Source: Escherichia coli 042 (lineage in GTDB: Bacteria; Pseudomonadota; Gammaproteobacteria; Enterobacterales; Enterobacteriaceae). From it: a stretch of 64,000 bases of DNA. The translations under genes and the position numbers were made by a program. Position 1 is the stretch's first letter; each line of letters opens with the position of its first letter. The notes under the pieces were generated by a model. The model was not told the DNA's origin, made no database searches, and worked only from the letters and a program-made list of their open reading frames with translations. Shown here one piece after another: positions 10,703 to 21,914 of the stretch. The DNA is taken from assembly GCF_000027125.1 (NCBI RefSeq), contig NC_017626.1; one strand, given 5' to 3'.

Positions 10703-12397
10703 TTATTGTTTTTTTAAAACCGCGCTAATGTCACAAATATCATCGGCCAGGTTCCAGACACCGGGTTGATGTGTAACCATAATGACGCCGCTTGAGGGTA
10801 GTTTTTCACGCACTAAACGCAGTAAGCGGATAGCCTCTTGTTCCTCAAAATGAGAGGTAGTTTCGTCAAGAAATATCCATTTCGGACGTCGTAAAATTAA
10901 TCGTGCCAGCGCGATACGTTGTTTTTCGCCGCTGGAAAGAATATCGCCCCAGCGATCGTGGTCATGAATACGCGCAGCCAATTTCCCCAGACCAACCTGA
11001 TGCAGTACTTCGCTCAACGATTTATCGTCTACGGACAGGGGAAGTGCTTTACAAATTATCTCTTTCAGTAAGCCGGTTTTGATTAACGGTGTTTGTGACA
11101 CATACCAACTGTCAGCAGGAGAAGAAATATCACCTTTAAACCACGGCCAGCAGTGGGATAATGTTTTAAGCAGTGTGGTTTTTCCCGCACCTGAGTAACC
11201 TTTCAGTAATAGCCATTTGCCTGGCGAAACATGAAAGTTTAGGTTCTCTAATATGATCTTATTATCAGGAGTACGAATACTCGCGTCAGCCACTTGTACC
11301 GCATGTTGGCAATTTTTAGGCTTATTCGTAGGGCGCTGTTCGGTGAGTTGATGGAACTCATACAAGCGATCGATAACCGCAGCCAGTTCAGCAAGTTCAT
11401 CATATTTATAAATAAACCAGCTTAAATTGTTCGATACCAGCATAAATGCCTGGCGCGATTTCATCAGTCCGCCCAGATTGATCTGTCCGCTAATAAACTG
11501 CGGCAATAACAGAAAGTAGGGAAGAACGCTAAGCGAGCGCGAATAAATATTCTGCCAGTAATCAAGCCACCGCTGACGATTCATTAAACGATGCCAGTTA
11601 TCTTTAATGGTATGAAAATTGTCGCTCAACTCCTGGCGTTGTAGAGACTCAGCATTGCTTAGCGCAATCAGTTCAGCCTGCTTATTATGCTGCACAAGAT
11701 TAGTTCGAAATGTCGCTTCGCTACGTTGTTTTTCCACATTAAGCGGACGAATACGTTTACCAACCTTATGAGTAAATAAAGTTCCACCGATCACAATGAG
11801 CACGACGGTATAGACCATATACCCCTGGATATTCCATTCTGTTCCACCAACAGTGAATGAGAGCGTACCCGCGCTTTGCCAAAGAATAACGGTAAAGGTG
11901 ATCAACATGCTAAGTGACTGGATGAAGCCAAATGAAAGACTGAGCGTTTTGCTGATCAGTAAGAGAATGTCTTCAGCGATACGTTGGTCAGGGTTATCTG
12001 TATTTTTATGCTCACCGTAGATCTGCGTGAAGTAGTAGTTTTTATCTGCAAACCAGCGATTAAGGTAGTAATCTGTTAACCATTCGCGCCAGCGAATAGT
12101 CAGTAGTTTAATTAACCATGTTTTGTTTACGGATATTAATACAAAGATCCCCAGCAGGGCAGGGAACCAAAGGACAAGCTGCCAAAGCTTATCGGTTTCT
12201 TTCTGGCTTAGCGCATTGAAAAAATCATTATTCCAGTCGTTTAACCAGACCTGAATTTTAACCACGCCAAGGATCATGGCGAGGATAATAATGATTAACA
12301 GCACTGAAGTTTTATTATTCTTACGCAGCCAAAAGGGCTTCAGCAGACAGAGATACTTTGCTATCAACATACGAAACGTAATGGGAATGGTTATCAT
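10703..12397 (-). CDS. yddA: ABC transporter, fused permease and ATPase (SbmA/BacA-like), YddA
   Basis: N-terminal TM region plus Walker A GYSGAGKT and signature LSSGEKQR; the exact start codon is uncertain by a few codons. Confidence 0.85.
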   Translation of the reverse strand: MITIPITFRMLIAKYLCLLKPFWLRKNNKTSVLLIIIILAMILGVVKIQVWLNDWNNDFFNALSQKETDKLWQLVLWFPALLGIFVLISVNKTWLIKLLTIRWREWLTDYYLNRWFADKNYYFTQIYGEHKNTDNPDQRIAEDILLLISKTLSLSFGFIQSLSMLITFTVILWQSAGTLSFTVGGTEWNIQGYMVYTVVLIVIGGTLFTHKVGKRIRPLNVEKQRSEATFRTNLVQHNKQAELIALSNAESLQRQELSDNFHTIKDNWHRLMNRQRWLDYWQNIYSRSLSVLPYFLLLPQFISGQINLGGLMKSRQAFMLVSNNLSWFIYKYDELAELAAVIDRLYEFHQLTEQRPTNKPKNCQHAVQVADASIRTPDNKIILENLNFHVSPGKWLLLKGYSGAGKTTLLKTLSHCWPWFKGDISSPADSWYVSQTPLIKTGLLKEIICKALPLSVDDKSLSEVLHQVGLGKLAARIHDHDRWGDILSSGEKQRIALARLILRRPKWIFLDETTSHFEEQEAIRLLRLVREKLPSSGVIMVTHQPGVWNLADDICDISAVLKKQ

Positions 12398-12420
12398 TAG
12401 CGAAAATTGATTGTGCCATC

Positions 12421-12445
12421 CAATGATTATCTATGGCAATGATTT
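12421..12445. promoter_or_regulatory. Candidate Fur box in the yddA-yddB-pqqL promoter
   Basis: caATGATtATCtatggcAATGATtt, 24 to 48 bp upstream of the yddA start, resembles the Fur consensus GATAATGATAATCATTATC; the operon encodes a TonB-dependent receptor. Confidence 0.35.
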
Positions 12446-12687
12446 ACTGATGAAATTTATTTAAGTGTCATTTAACATTTTGAAATATAAAGAAATTTTT
12501 TATTTTCAATGGTTACGATTATGCTATTGATAATCAAGGGTATTGCTAATGCCCTGACGCATGCCACGTAAGCCAGAATTTTCGCAAGGGAAGATGATGA
12601 TGACGAAACACCCAACAGGAATTTATGTCGGGTGCTTTGTTAAGGTCATAAGACGGAGGCTAAGACTGGAGCAAAGAAGGAGCGTTA

Positions 12688-13845
12688 TTAATTATTCTCC
12701 ATTTGTTTTGCAACATCCATAATGTGGTAAAGCGGTACTCTGTTCTTGGCTAACTCCACCATGGCGTTCATATAAGGTACCATGGTTGAAAAAAGGATTT
12801 TATAACCTTCGCAAAAATAGGAAACAGTCTCATTGTTTACTTTAGTAATACGATGCTTAGGGCAACCGCCATTGCAGATAGGTTTATATGCACATTGCTG
12901 ACATTTCGCTGAAATCCGTTTTTTTTGCGCTGTCAGTTGTACACTGTTCATCGTTTTAAGTTCAGATTTATTAATGTTTCCAATTTTGTACTGTGGATAG
13001 ACAAAATGGTCGCATTCGTAAATGTCTCCATTACTTTCAACAACCAGATTATCCTTGCAGGACTCCTGGAAAATACAACTGGTATGCCCATTCCCCAAAA
13101 AACGGCTGACAAAACTTTCAAACTGACGGATGAAAATTTCACCCACATCGTTTTTAACCCATTGCATAAAAATGGTCGACATAAACTTGCCATAAGCCGT
13201 AGGAGGCACAGAAAAATCAATGATACGGAATGTGTTCTCACTATGACCACTGAAATCAATATTCGGCGTCCCGGTTTCGAGCAATTCGATAAATTGCATA
13301 TGTTTACTGCCGATAGATTTTAAAAAATGATAAACCTCAAGAGGGTAATGGACATTAACGTTATTAATGACGGTTAACGTATTAAACTCTACTTGATATG
13401 ATTTCAGACGCTCGATGGCTGCTATCACTTTTGCAAAAGTACCGTTACCAGAATTACTGCGTCTGTAACGGTCATGTAGCTCCTGGGGTCCATCGATCGA
13501 GATACCAACCAGAAACTCATGTTCTTTGAGAAAGGCACACCATTCATTATTCAATAAAATGCCATTCGTTTGTAATGCATTAAAAATACGTTTTTGGCCT
13601 GCATAGCGTTGTTGATAGTGAATAACTTTACGGAAAAAATCCAGACCAGCCAGAGTGGGTTCACCGCCTTGCCACGTAAAATAGACCTGATTGCCAGACG
13701 CTGCGATATATTGTTTGATGAACTCTTTCAGAGTGCTGTCATCCATCCATTTTTCATGAGTAAACTGCGACTCTTTTTCAAGGTAAAAACAGTAATCACA
13801 TTTGAGATTACATTGAAAACTGGAGGGCTTGGCTGTAACGTGCAT
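12688..13845 (-). CDS. ydeM: Radical-SAM anaerobic sulfatase-maturating enzyme homolog
   Basis: CNLKCDYC (CX3CX2C) radical-SAM motif at the N-terminus and a C-terminal Cys-rich SPASM-like region ([18 protein letters not shown]); start taken at MHVTAKP. Confidence 0.85.
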   Translation of the reverse strand: MHVTAKPSSFQCNLKCDYCFYLEKESQFTHEKWMDDSTLKEFIKQYIAASGNQVYFTWQGGEPTLAGLDFFRKVIHYQQRYAGQKRIFNALQTNGILLNNEWCAFLKEHEFLVGISIDGPQELHDRYRRSNSGNGTFAKVIAAIERLKSYQVEFNTLTVINNVNVHYPLEVYHFLKSIGSKHMQFIELLETGTPNIDFSGHSENTFRIIDFSVPPTAYGKFMSTIFMQWVKNDVGEIFIRQFESFVSRFLGNGHTSCIFQESCKDNLVVESNGDIYECDHFVYPQYKIGNINKSELKTMNSVQLTAQKKRISAKCQQCAYKPICNGGCPKHRITKVNNETVSYFCEGYKILFSTMVPYMNAMVELAKNRVPLYHIMDVAKQMENN

Positions 13846-13896
13846 CGCTATCTCGCTCAATAAGGCGGCGGAAAAATCCGCCGCATGAAGGTTTAG

Positions 13897-15579
13897 TTAT
13901 TTCGCTTCGCTTAGTGCTTTCTTGATATTGTTAAACTTCTCCTGATTTACCTCGCTAAGCGGTGGCTGGCTGCTGTCGATAAACTCTCTTACCACGCCTT
14001 GCATCTCTTTAACGACCTGTGGATTGGCGGCGGCAAGGTTATCTTTTTGCTGTAGATCCGTCAGTTTGTATAGACCTAACTGATTGTTTTCTACTGTATA
14101 GACAAGCGAATAATCGTTATTTCTCACCGTATAAGAGAATTGGCTTAAGTCCTCGGTATTGGGGTTATGCGGGTAATCGTCTGACTGATGGCGGACAAAT
14201 TTGTGGTAATTATCCCAGAATGGAATATTTTCCTCGTCAAACCAGTGAGAATAAGAGGTTATCCAGGTCAGATTTTTATGTGGCTCGCCTTGTTTCTTAT
14301 CTTGCAACCACGGCAGCAAGGAAACGCCATCCAGCTTAAGGTCTTTTGGAATGCTGATATCGGCTGCATCAAGAGCTGTCGGGTAGAAATCCATTGCGGA
14401 AATCAGCTTGTCATAATTACCTGGTTGAAGTTTTCCTTTCCACCACATAAACATTGGGGTGTGAGTACCGCCAGGATAAGTCTGACTCTTATAGCCTTTT
14501 TGCGCCCCGTTCAGCGGCAGAGGACCATCGATAACCGCACCATTATCGGAGGTAAAGAGAATAATAGTATTGTCATACTGTCCGTTTTTCTTCAGTTGTT
14601 CGAGAATGCGTTTTACACCCTGATCAACAGAATAAACGGAAGCGTAGTAGTTATCTGCTGTTTGACTACCGGTATTAAATTGCTTCTGATATTGCTCCGG
14701 TGCAGGATTATCATTTGGCAGGTGCGGAGCATTATAAGCCAGGTAAAGCATAAAAGGCTGGTCAAGTGTTTTGGCACGATCAACAACGCCAATTGCCTCA
14801 TCGGTTAACTGATCGCTGATATAACCTTTTGCGGGGACGCGTTCACGATTTTTGAACAGTGAAGGGGAGTTGTAATATGCCGTTCCTGCAGCGTGGAATC
14901 CCATAAAGTAATCAAAGCCACGGTTTTGAGGTTGCCATTCTTCCGCAGAAAATGTGGTGAAGTTGTCATGATAGTCACGCGTTTGTTTATCTTCCGGTAC
15001 TGGCACATTACTGATTTTTGACAAGTGCCATTTACCTACTGCTGCAGTGTAATAACCATGATTCTGGAATAATTCAGGCAAGAAAGTTTCTGTTAGCGGA
15101 ATACCATCCTGAGCATCGGTATTGGAATAGACACCAAAGCGGGCGGGCGCTCGACCGGTCATTATTGCGGCGCGGGAGGGGCCGGAAACACCGTGCGCCA
15201 CATAGCCGTTAGTAAAACGTACGCCTTCATCCATTAATGAAAGGAGCGTCGGCGTTGATTTTTGCGCAGCTTCAATGGCTTTATCTATCCCTATTTTGTA
15301 GGTATCGACAACTTCACGATTTTCCATTGTTTTTGGGTCAAAAGATTCCTTATCAAAAGGAAGTTGTCCATAACCAAGATCATCCATGGTCAGTACGATA
15401 ATATTTGGCTTTCCTTTGGTACTGTATTCAGTCGGCGTAAAGTCTGAGAAAGCAACGTTTGTTTTGGTTGCTTTCAGCTTTACATCATCTGCCGCATGAG
15501 CAGCAAATGCAGCCATACCAGATGCCAGTATCAAAGATATCGAGGTACTTACGACACTTTTCTTTAATGCAGACTTCAT
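13897..15579 (-). CDS. ydeN: Ser-type sulfatase YdeN (secreted)
   Basis: Signal peptide then sulfatase signature S-G-P-S-R-AAIM-TG (Ser type, needs a maturase); start taken at MKSALKK. Confidence 0.85.
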   Translation of the reverse strand: MKSALKKSVVSTSISLILASGMAAFAAHAADDVKLKATKTNVAFSDFTPTEYSTKGKPNIIVLTMDDLGYGQLPFDKESFDPKTMENREVVDTYKIGIDKAIEAAQKSTPTLLSLMDEGVRFTNGYVAHGVSGPSRAAIMTGRAPARFGVYSNTDAQDGIPLTETFLPELFQNHGYYTAAVGKWHLSKISNVPVPEDKQTRDYHDNFTTFSAEEWQPQNRGFDYFMGFHAAGTAYYNSPSLFKNRERVPAKGYISDQLTDEAIGVVDRAKTLDQPFMLYLAYNAPHLPNDNPAPEQYQKQFNTGSQTADNYYASVYSVDQGVKRILEQLKKNGQYDNTIILFTSDNGAVIDGPLPLNGAQKGYKSQTYPGGTHTPMFMWWKGKLQPGNYDKLISAMDFYPTALDAADISIPKDLKLDGVSLLPWLQDKKQGEPHKNLTWITSYSHWFDEENIPFWDNYHKFVRHQSDDYPHNPNTEDLSQFSYTVRNNDYSLVYTVENNQLGLYKLTDLQQKDNLAAANPQVVKEMQGVVREFIDSSQPPLSEVNQEKFNNIKKALSEAK

Positions 15580-15981
15580 AAATGTTCCTCTTCTTATTGT
15601 ACTTAATTCCAAAGTAATTTTACGAAGAGAAATAAGTGAATGTAAGTGAAGTTAGTCACATAAAGAGATAGCAGATTTAGCTAAAAAAAGGGAAATAACA
15701 GTCCATGAAGCGTTGACATTACTTTCTATTCTACTAAGTAATTTCTCGACGATAAACAACTAATCTATTGATATTTAATAAATTATTGTATTTTACTGAC
15801 AAAATGCCGAATTGAGATCATAAATAATCATGCAACAGGTTATGCAAATGCATAAATATGTGATGAATGTCACTTATTTATTTCAATAAATATATCGCCT
15901 AAAAACAACGCGGGGCAGGGAATGGCTGCCCCATTTTAATTTTTACGTAGGGTGCGTGGTTGACTACTCGTTAGCAAATAA

Positions 15982-16743
15982 TCAAATAGCTAAAGCATTC
16001 ATCGTGTTGCCCTTATTCATACCCGTGTGCCTTTGACAACGGTACTCCTTAGAAACTCTCTTTGGACTGTTGCCAAAATGTTTGCGGAACGCATAAATAA
16101 AATAAGATGTACTCGCATAACCACATTGTTCGGCAATTTTATTGACTGAACCTTCTACGCGTATCAAATTTTTTGCGTGCTGCATTCTGGCATCTAAAAG
16201 AATCTGTGAGAATGTCGTTTGCTCTTGCTTTAGTTTTTTCTTCAACAGGCTTTCACTAATGTACAGGCAGTCACAAATATCTTTCAGCTTCCATGGGTGC
16301 GCCAGCTTCATGTTGACAATATTTCTAACTTTCCCAGAAACGGATAGCACACCGTTAGTTAATAGTGTAATGAAACCTTTGCATGCGGCAAAAATAGACA
16401 GGCAAGAAAAAAGCAAAAGTTCTGAAAAATTATGATGATTGCGTTCTTCCGAGTTGAGATAAGCAATCATTTCATTAAGCAATCCAGTCGGTACATTTGA
16501 AGCACGTAAAAACTTCGCAGGAACAGGCACCGTCACTGTCTGGATGTTAGTGCATTGTAGATATTTTTTAATGGTATTTTCATTAAATCCGATTTCTTTG
16601 AAATGCCGCTCATAAGGTTCAAAATGCGTACGAACAGCGTTATCTACCATCAGGATCTCGCCGTCAGAGAAGGCGTAATCTTTATCTAAAATGTTAGCGT
16701 TGAAGGCATGATGAATAAATATAACAGAACAAACGAGCGACAT
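15982..16743 (-). CDS. ydeO: AraC-family acid-resistance regulator YdeO
   Basis: 253-aa ORF with C-terminal AraC-type HTH; immediately downstream of safA. Confidence 0.88.
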   Translation of the reverse strand: MSLVCSVIFIHHAFNANILDKDYAFSDGEILMVDNAVRTHFEPYERHFKEIGFNENTIKKYLQCTNIQTVTVPVPAKFLRASNVPTGLLNEMIAYLNSEERNHHNFSELLLFSCLSIFAACKGFITLLTNGVLSVSGKVRNIVNMKLAHPWKLKDICDCLYISESLLKKKLKQEQTTFSQILLDARMQHAKNLIRVEGSVNKIAEQCGYASTSYFIYAFRKHFGNSPKRVSKEYRCQRHTGMNKGNTMNALAI

Positions 16744-16817
16744 TTTATCTCCTTAAAACAATAAAGTTTTTATCGATACTTTTTTAACATTTCACATTTA
16801 TAATTTGCTGTTTATTT

Positions 16818-17015
16818 TCAGTCTTGCAAACTATTGATAATGAAATGTGTAAGATCCCTTGCAATGCGACCCATTTCTGAAATACCCAGCTGATCAATTG
16901 CCGAAAACATGGCTATCAACGTAAGTGTCAGTAATAAGACAACCACAATTACAGACATGATTTCTTTATAGTTGTCTCTTTGCGTGATTTTGTTTTTCAC
17001 TGTGGTCGCATGCAT
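16818..17015 (-). CDS. safA: Two-component connector SafA (B1500), small membrane protein
   Basis: 65-aa ORF MHATTVKNKITQRDNYKEIMSVIVVVLLLTLTLIAMF… with one TM helix; position upstream of ydeO. Confidence 0.8.
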   Translation of the reverse strand: MHATTVKNKITQRDNYKEIMSVIVVVLLLTLTLIAMFSAIDQLGISEMGRIARDLTHFIINSLQD

Positions 17016-17126
17016 TTCAAATATGTTTATTTAGCGGATAACGTTAAAAATCGTTAATCAGTATGCTTAATATAACAGGCTGGAGAATAGAGGAAATAGG
17101 ACTGGCGCTTCAGTACTGAGCGGAGT

Positions 17127-17144
17127 TTCTTACAGCTGTAGGCG
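17127..17144. promoter_or_regulatory. EvgA box upstream of safA-ydeO
   Basis: TTCTTACAGCTGTAGGCG matches the EvgA inverted-repeat consensus TTCYTACA-N2-TGTARGAA (first half perfect); about 112 bp upstream of the safA ATG. Confidence 0.7.
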
Positions 17145-17262
17145 GAGGTATATATCTTATAACGAGCAGTTTAATTTAGCACATGTGAGTAAATTGCGCG
17201 ACAATGGTCAATGAGGAATTCTTCTGCTGTGCGGATGACAGCAGAAGAAATGAGGAGGCGAA

Positions 17263-19542
17263 TTAATTTGATGGTTCTAATTCAACCGGAATACTTTTAT
17301 AGCCAGGAATGCCACTTAATGGATCGTGGTTATCAAGTGTTAGCATGTGATTCGATTCTGGAAAATAGGTCACCAGTGAGCGGTCAGCCATAGGGTAAAT
17401 GACCACTTTTAATCTATCCATGCGGCGTGAGCTTCGCTTACCGTCTGGCGTAAGCGCAATAAGATTAACTCTTTCGCCGTTTTTTACACGGCAAATTTTA
17501 GCTTGTTTAGCACTCATAAAGACCACATCTCGTTGACCGAATACCCCTCGATAGCGATCATCCATACCATAAATCGTCGTGTTGTACTGATCGTGACTGC
17601 GTACTGTCGCCATGACTAGCTTACTGTTAAACGCTGAAGAGGGATCTTCTAACAGCCCTTTACTGGTAATGAAATTAGCCTTACCTGACGGCGTCATCCA
17701 GCGCCTTTCAGCAGCTGCATTTATCAGGTGAAAACCACCGGGATGACGGATGCGCTGGTTATAGTCGGCGAACTCTGGCAGCACAGCTTCAATGTCATTG
17801 CGAATGCGATCATAATCTTCCACCAGATACTCCCAGGCTACCACGCTCTGGGGTAGTGCAGCCTGCGCGATTCCCGCGACCACTGCACACTCTGATTTCA
17901 GCATTACACCGGCGGGTTTTAACACGCCACGCGAGGCATGAATCATCGACATTGAATCCTCAACGGTTACCGCCTGCGCACCACTTTTTTGCATGTCAAT
18001 CTCGCTACGTCCCAGAACCGGCAGAATATAGCTATGCTGTGCGGTCAGCAGATGAGAGCGGTTAAGCTTAGTGGCTACGTGTACCGCCAAATCTAATTGC
18101 GTTAACGGTACAGCGCTCGCTTCCCGATCTGGCATTGCCAGTGCAAAGTTGCCCCCCATGCAGATCAATGCTCGAGCCTGCCCCGTACATATTGCTTGCA
18201 TGCTGGCAATTGCAGCATGTCCAGGTGCATGAGGTGGGGTGAAACCATAGCGCTCACCCAGGCGAGCCAGAAACTCTGCAGACGGTTTCTCGGTGATACC
18301 GACGGTTCGGTCGCCCTGTACATTAGAGTGACCACGTAGTGGGCAGATACCTGCACCAGGCTTGCCAATGTTACCTTTCATCAACAGCAGATTGACCAGT
18401 TGCTGTACGTTTTGGGTACCATGTTCGTGCTGAGTGATCCCCATTCCGTAACAGATAATGGTGCGTTCGGCAGCGGCATATGCATCAGCCAGTTCGGCGA
18501 TTTGGGTCTGACTTAGTCCAGAAATACGTTCGATATCTTTCCACTCGGAATTGAGAACGTCACGGCGTAGCTCGTCAAAGCCGACGGTATGCGTTTGAAT
18601 AAATTCGTCATCCAGCAATGAGGGCCGACCTGCGGCGCTTGCAGCATCATCGCGCTCAATTAACAGGCGCATCATCCCCTTGAGCAACGCCATATCGCCA
18701 CCAATGCGCACGTTATAGTAGGCACTGGCCAACTGAGTCTCAGAGTTCGTCAGCATTTCAAACGGATTTTGCGGTGCGGTAAATCGCTCCAGGCCACGTT
18801 CCTGTAGAGGGTTGATGGCGATCATTTTCGCTCCCCGTTTCACTAAAGCGCGCAACGAAGTCAGCATGCGAGGGTGGTTTGTACCAGGGTTATGCCCAAT
18901 GCAAATGACTAAATCGCATTTCTCAAAGTCTTCCAGCAACACGGTGCCTTTACCCACACCGATACTCGCTGCCAAACCCACGCTGGTCGGTTCATGGCAC
19001 ATGTTGGAACAGTCGGGAAAGTTATTGCTCCCGTATTCACGGGCAAAAAGCTGATAAAGAAAGGCAGCTTCATTGGAAGTGCGCCCCGAAGTATAGAATT
19101 CAACCTGATTGGGATCACTATAGCTTTGAAGGCGTGCGCCTATTTCGTCGAAAGCTTGTTGCCAGCTTAATGGCTTGTAACAGTCGCTGACGGCATCATA
19201 TTTCAAAGGCTGAGTGAGACGCCCCGCAGCTTCAAGCTCGTGATCTCCCCAGGTAAGTAATGATTGAACCGTATTCTCAGCAAAGAAAGAGGCATTTACC
19301 TGCTTATCCGTGACTTCCCAGGCGATTGCTTTTGCGCCGTTTTCACAAATGTCGAATGACGCACTGTGCTTAGGATCTGGCCATGCACATCCAGGACAGT
19401 CAAAGCCCTCTGGCTTATTCATGTCAAACATGGCAATAACATCCTGGCGTATATCCATCTGCTTACGTACTGCATTCGCTACGGATTTAACAGCACCCCA
19501 ACCACCGGCAGCACCCTGGTAGGATTCAATTTTTTTCTTCAT
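17263..19542 (-). CDS. ydeP: Molybdopterin-family oxidoreductase YdeP (acid resistance)
   Basis: 759-aa ORF with N-terminal Cys cluster (CPGC…C) typical of formate-dehydrogenase-like molybdoenzymes. Confidence 0.88.
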   Translation of the reverse strand: MKKKIESYQGAAGGWGAVKSVANAVRKQMDIRQDVIAMFDMNKPEGFDCPGCAWPDPKHSASFDICENGAKAIAWEVTDKQVNASFFAENTVQSLLTWGDHELEAAGRLTQPLKYDAVSDCYKPLSWQQAFDEIGARLQSYSDPNQVEFYTSGRTSNEAAFLYQLFAREYGSNNFPDCSNMCHEPTSVGLAASIGVGKGTVLLEDFEKCDLVICIGHNPGTNHPRMLTSLRALVKRGAKMIAINPLQERGLERFTAPQNPFEMLTNSETQLASAYYNVRIGGDMALLKGMMRLLIERDDAASAAGRPSLLDDEFIQTHTVGFDELRRDVLNSEWKDIERISGLSQTQIAELADAYAAAERTIICYGMGITQHEHGTQNVQQLVNLLLMKGNIGKPGAGICPLRGHSNVQGDRTVGITEKPSAEFLARLGERYGFTPPHAPGHAAIASMQAICTGQARALICMGGNFALAMPDREASAVPLTQLDLAVHVATKLNRSHLLTAQHSYILPVLGRSEIDMQKSGAQAVTVEDSMSMIHASRGVLKPAGVMLKSECAVVAGIAQAALPQSVVAWEYLVEDYDRIRNDIEAVLPEFADYNQRIRHPGGFHLINAAAERRWMTPSGKANFITSKGLLEDPSSAFNSKLVMATVRSHDQYNTTIYGMDDRYRGVFGQRDVVFMSAKQAKICRVKNGERVNLIALTPDGKRSSRRMDRLKVVIYPMADRSLVTYFPESNHMLTLDNHDPLSGIPGYKSIPVELEPSN

Positions 19543-19790
19543 CTGCTTATCCTGTGTGGAAATGAATTATTAGGATTTGTAATAGCGATGATGCACAGTA
19601 TATACAAAGGGATTATCGTCAATATGGATATATAAGAGTAGGGGACTACTCTCTATCTATTTTTAACCTATTATCGTTAAATAATAGAATGGTATAAATA
19701 CGATAAGTTAAGCATCATCTCTCATAGTGTTTAAATTAACATATTTTTCAATATAAAAAATAAGACTCTGGCTTCAATTGTGCGCGGATT

Positions 19791-19808
19791 TTCTTACAGG
19801 TGTAGGAT
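19791..19808. promoter_or_regulatory. EvgA box upstream of ydeP
   Basis: TTCTTACAGGTGTAGGAT matches the EvgA consensus at 15 of 16 defined positions; about 250 bp upstream of the ydeP ATG. Confidence 0.7.
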
Positions 19809-19880
19809 AATAGCCTTCACAAAATAATTATCCGCGCAATTTCCGTGAATGGAGCGCATAGACTAAGATCAAAATCACAA

Positions 19881-20795
19881 TTATTCATAGATAAAAGTGA
19901 CACCAATGACTGACTGGACGGTTCCGGCTGAAACCTTGTTTCCTGTTTGTCCATAGGTTGCGCTTAAACCCAGAGGTACTTTGCTTTTATTTACTGTCCC
20001 CAGGGAGACATTTTCTCCCGTAGCCAGTATTTTTCCATTACGCATCAGAGAGACACCCACTCCCGATGCTTTTGTCGCATCAGGTGCTGTGTTAGCAAAC
20101 ACTTGTCGGGCACTGTCAGTGGTGGCACCCGAAAGATAAAATGAGAGCTTTTGTTCGCTTGAGCAATATACGCCAAGGGGTATTTCTGCGCTTCCAGGAA
20201 AGTCCGGGAGATTCACGGTGACATTACGACTATCAACAGTGCAGCCGCCTGTTGGCATAACAACACTGTTATTTGAAATAATATTCCACGTAAAATTACG
20301 CGGATTTCCGCTTCCTAACGTGGCAATTTTATACATATGAATACGGGCAATGACTTCCCCCGCTTTTATGACAACTCCACCGGCTGCACCAACTGGGGTA
20401 ATATAGAGTTTTAACGGTAATGGCATCGGTGTCTTATCACCAATATCCAATACGTTGGTATTTGTCGTCAACGGGAAGGGGTAGGTTACATTATTCCAGT
20501 ACAGCGATCCTTTATATGACTGTAGGGAGCCTGCGAAAGCTGAGCCTTGTACCAGGTTTATATGATCGGTGTCGTACCAGCCGCCGTAATCATTCCAGCA
20601 ACTTATATGCTGAGACAAGTCTACAACCAGATTCTGGCCCGGTTGTATTACAGGGTCGAGATTAACATAAACAGAGGTTGTACCTGCTCCAATACTTGAC
20701 CCGCCATCGACATTACAACTGAAGGCAAAAACTTTGCCTGCCATTAATAGAAGATAAATACCGAACAGGACCTTTATACTGAATGTTTTACCCAT
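19881..20795 (-). CDS. ydeQ: F9/Fml-type fimbrial tip adhesin (FimH-like two-domain protein)
   Basis: 304-aa secreted ORF, last gene of the chaperone-usher operon; its C-terminal half resembles a pilin domain. Confidence 0.8.
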   Translation of the reverse strand: MGKTFSIKVLFGIYLLLMAGKVFAFSCNVDGGSSIGAGTTSVYVNLDPVIQPGQNLVVDLSQHISCWNDYGGWYDTDHINLVQGSAFAGSLQSYKGSLYWNNVTYPFPLTTNTNVLDIGDKTPMPLPLKLYITPVGAAGGVVIKAGEVIARIHMYKIATLGSGNPRNFTWNIISNNSVVMPTGGCTVDSRNVTVNLPDFPGSAEIPLGVYCSSEQKLSFYLSGATTDSARQVFANTAPDATKASGVGVSLMRNGKILATGENVSLGTVNKSKVPLGLSATYGQTGNKVSAGTVQSVIGVTFIYE

Positions 20796-20854
20796 GATAT
20801 ATCCTAAGGTTAAGAAATTGATTTAAAAAGGAGGCTAAGAAAATCGAATCGACG

Positions 20855-21358
20855 TTATTGCCAGGTGTAGATCACATTGATTAGCGCCTCGATCGTTCCC
20901 TGGCTTGCATTTCCATTCACCGTGATAGCTCTTGCCTTAAGTGGAAACTGTGCATTACGAGTGATCTCATCAACAATAACCGTTTTGCTATCGCCATTTT
21001 TTAACGTCGCATCCTGGTCATCCCTCAGCTCTATCTGAATATTTTCGGCACTACCTTCATTTTTGTAATAACCCGTATTGTCAGTTGAACCTGTCACGAT
21101 TGCCGTCACTGCACTTGTTTCAACCGGACAATCGGTTAATGACAAAGTAATATTGTGCCAGCCAGATGCAGAGCCAGGTTGTTGCAGATTGCGTGTATAA
21201 AGATCCCCGAGATTAACGTTAGCTTCTTTGGTTTGAATAGTGCAGGGTTTAGCGACTACCCGACCATTAACAGTGATAGTGACATCGGCGGCCTGGAGAG
21301 TTGCTGTGAATAACGCGCAAAACGTAGCTAACAGGAACCTCTTGTGAAGTCTTTTCAT
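20855..21358 (-). CDS. ydeR: Fimbrial minor subunit (FimG-like)
   Basis: 167 aa, signal peptide, conserved Cys pair, C-terminal …VIYTWQ donor-strand-acceptor pilin fold. Confidence 0.8.
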   Translation of the reverse strand: MKRLHKRFLLATFCALFTATLQAADVTITVNGRVVAKPCTIQTKEANVNLGDLYTRNLQQPGSASGWHNITLSLTDCPVETSAVTAIVTGSTDNTGYYKNEGSAENIQIELRDDQDATLKNGDSKTVIVDEITRNAQFPLKARAITVNGNASQGTIEALINVIYTWQ

Positions 21359-21370
21359 ATCTGACTCTGA

Positions 21371-21901
21371 TTATTGAAATTCAAGGGTAAAGGTTGCCGA
21401 AGCCCTCACCAGTCCCGGATTGACGGACTTCTGAGTTGACTTCAGACGAGCGGAGTAAGGCAAAATATTGTTCTGTTCTGGTACCAGTGGGATCCACTGC
21501 ATCCCGGCATGAAGGTCATTCAATTTCACCGGACGCATATTTCCGTCCAGTATTTCTATACCCAAACCGGAGGCCGTATTGCTTCCTTCATCCAGTTTCA
21601 ACAGAGTATTATTTTCTGCATCCTCAATACCGTTAAATGCAACTCGAACCCCCGTTGTCCCTTTGCTGCATTCACTTAACGTAATCTGAAAAGGGACGGC
21701 TGGACTTGTGCTACCGGTCGTTGGAAATTGTCTGGCACTGTTTTTTTGGAGATCTACGGTAAAATTAAGCGAATCCGATGAGACTGTGCAGCCATAATCG
21801 AGGACGCGCCCGCTAATTTTAATAACGCTATCTGCGGATAAAGCAGAATAGGTGGTTAACCCCAGACATAAACCGAGGAAAATAATGTTATTGTATTTCA
21901 T
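21371..21901 (-). CDS. ydeS: Fimbrial minor subunit (FimF-like)
   Basis: 176 aa, signal peptide, C-terminal …ATFTLEFQ pilin motif. Confidence 0.8.
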   Translation of the reverse strand: MKYNNIIFLGLCLGLTTYSALSADSVIKISGRVLDYGCTVSSDSLNFTVDLQKNSARQFPTTGSTSPAVPFQITLSECSKGTTGVRVAFNGIEDAENNTLLKLDEGSNTASGLGIEILDGNMRPVKLNDLHAGMQWIPLVPEQNNILPYSARLKSTQKSVNPGLVRASATFTLEFQ

Positions 21902-21914
21902 AATCTCTTGTTCC

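Noticed and set aside
14188-14808. 206-aa + strand ORF
   Set aside because: Antisense within the sulfatase gene ydeN; no independent motif or RBS.
15580-15981. 402-bp AT-rich gap between ydeN and ydeO, considered for an sRNA or small ORF
   Set aside because: No terminator hairpin with a U-run and no convincing RBS-ATG small ORF; reads as promoter DNA.
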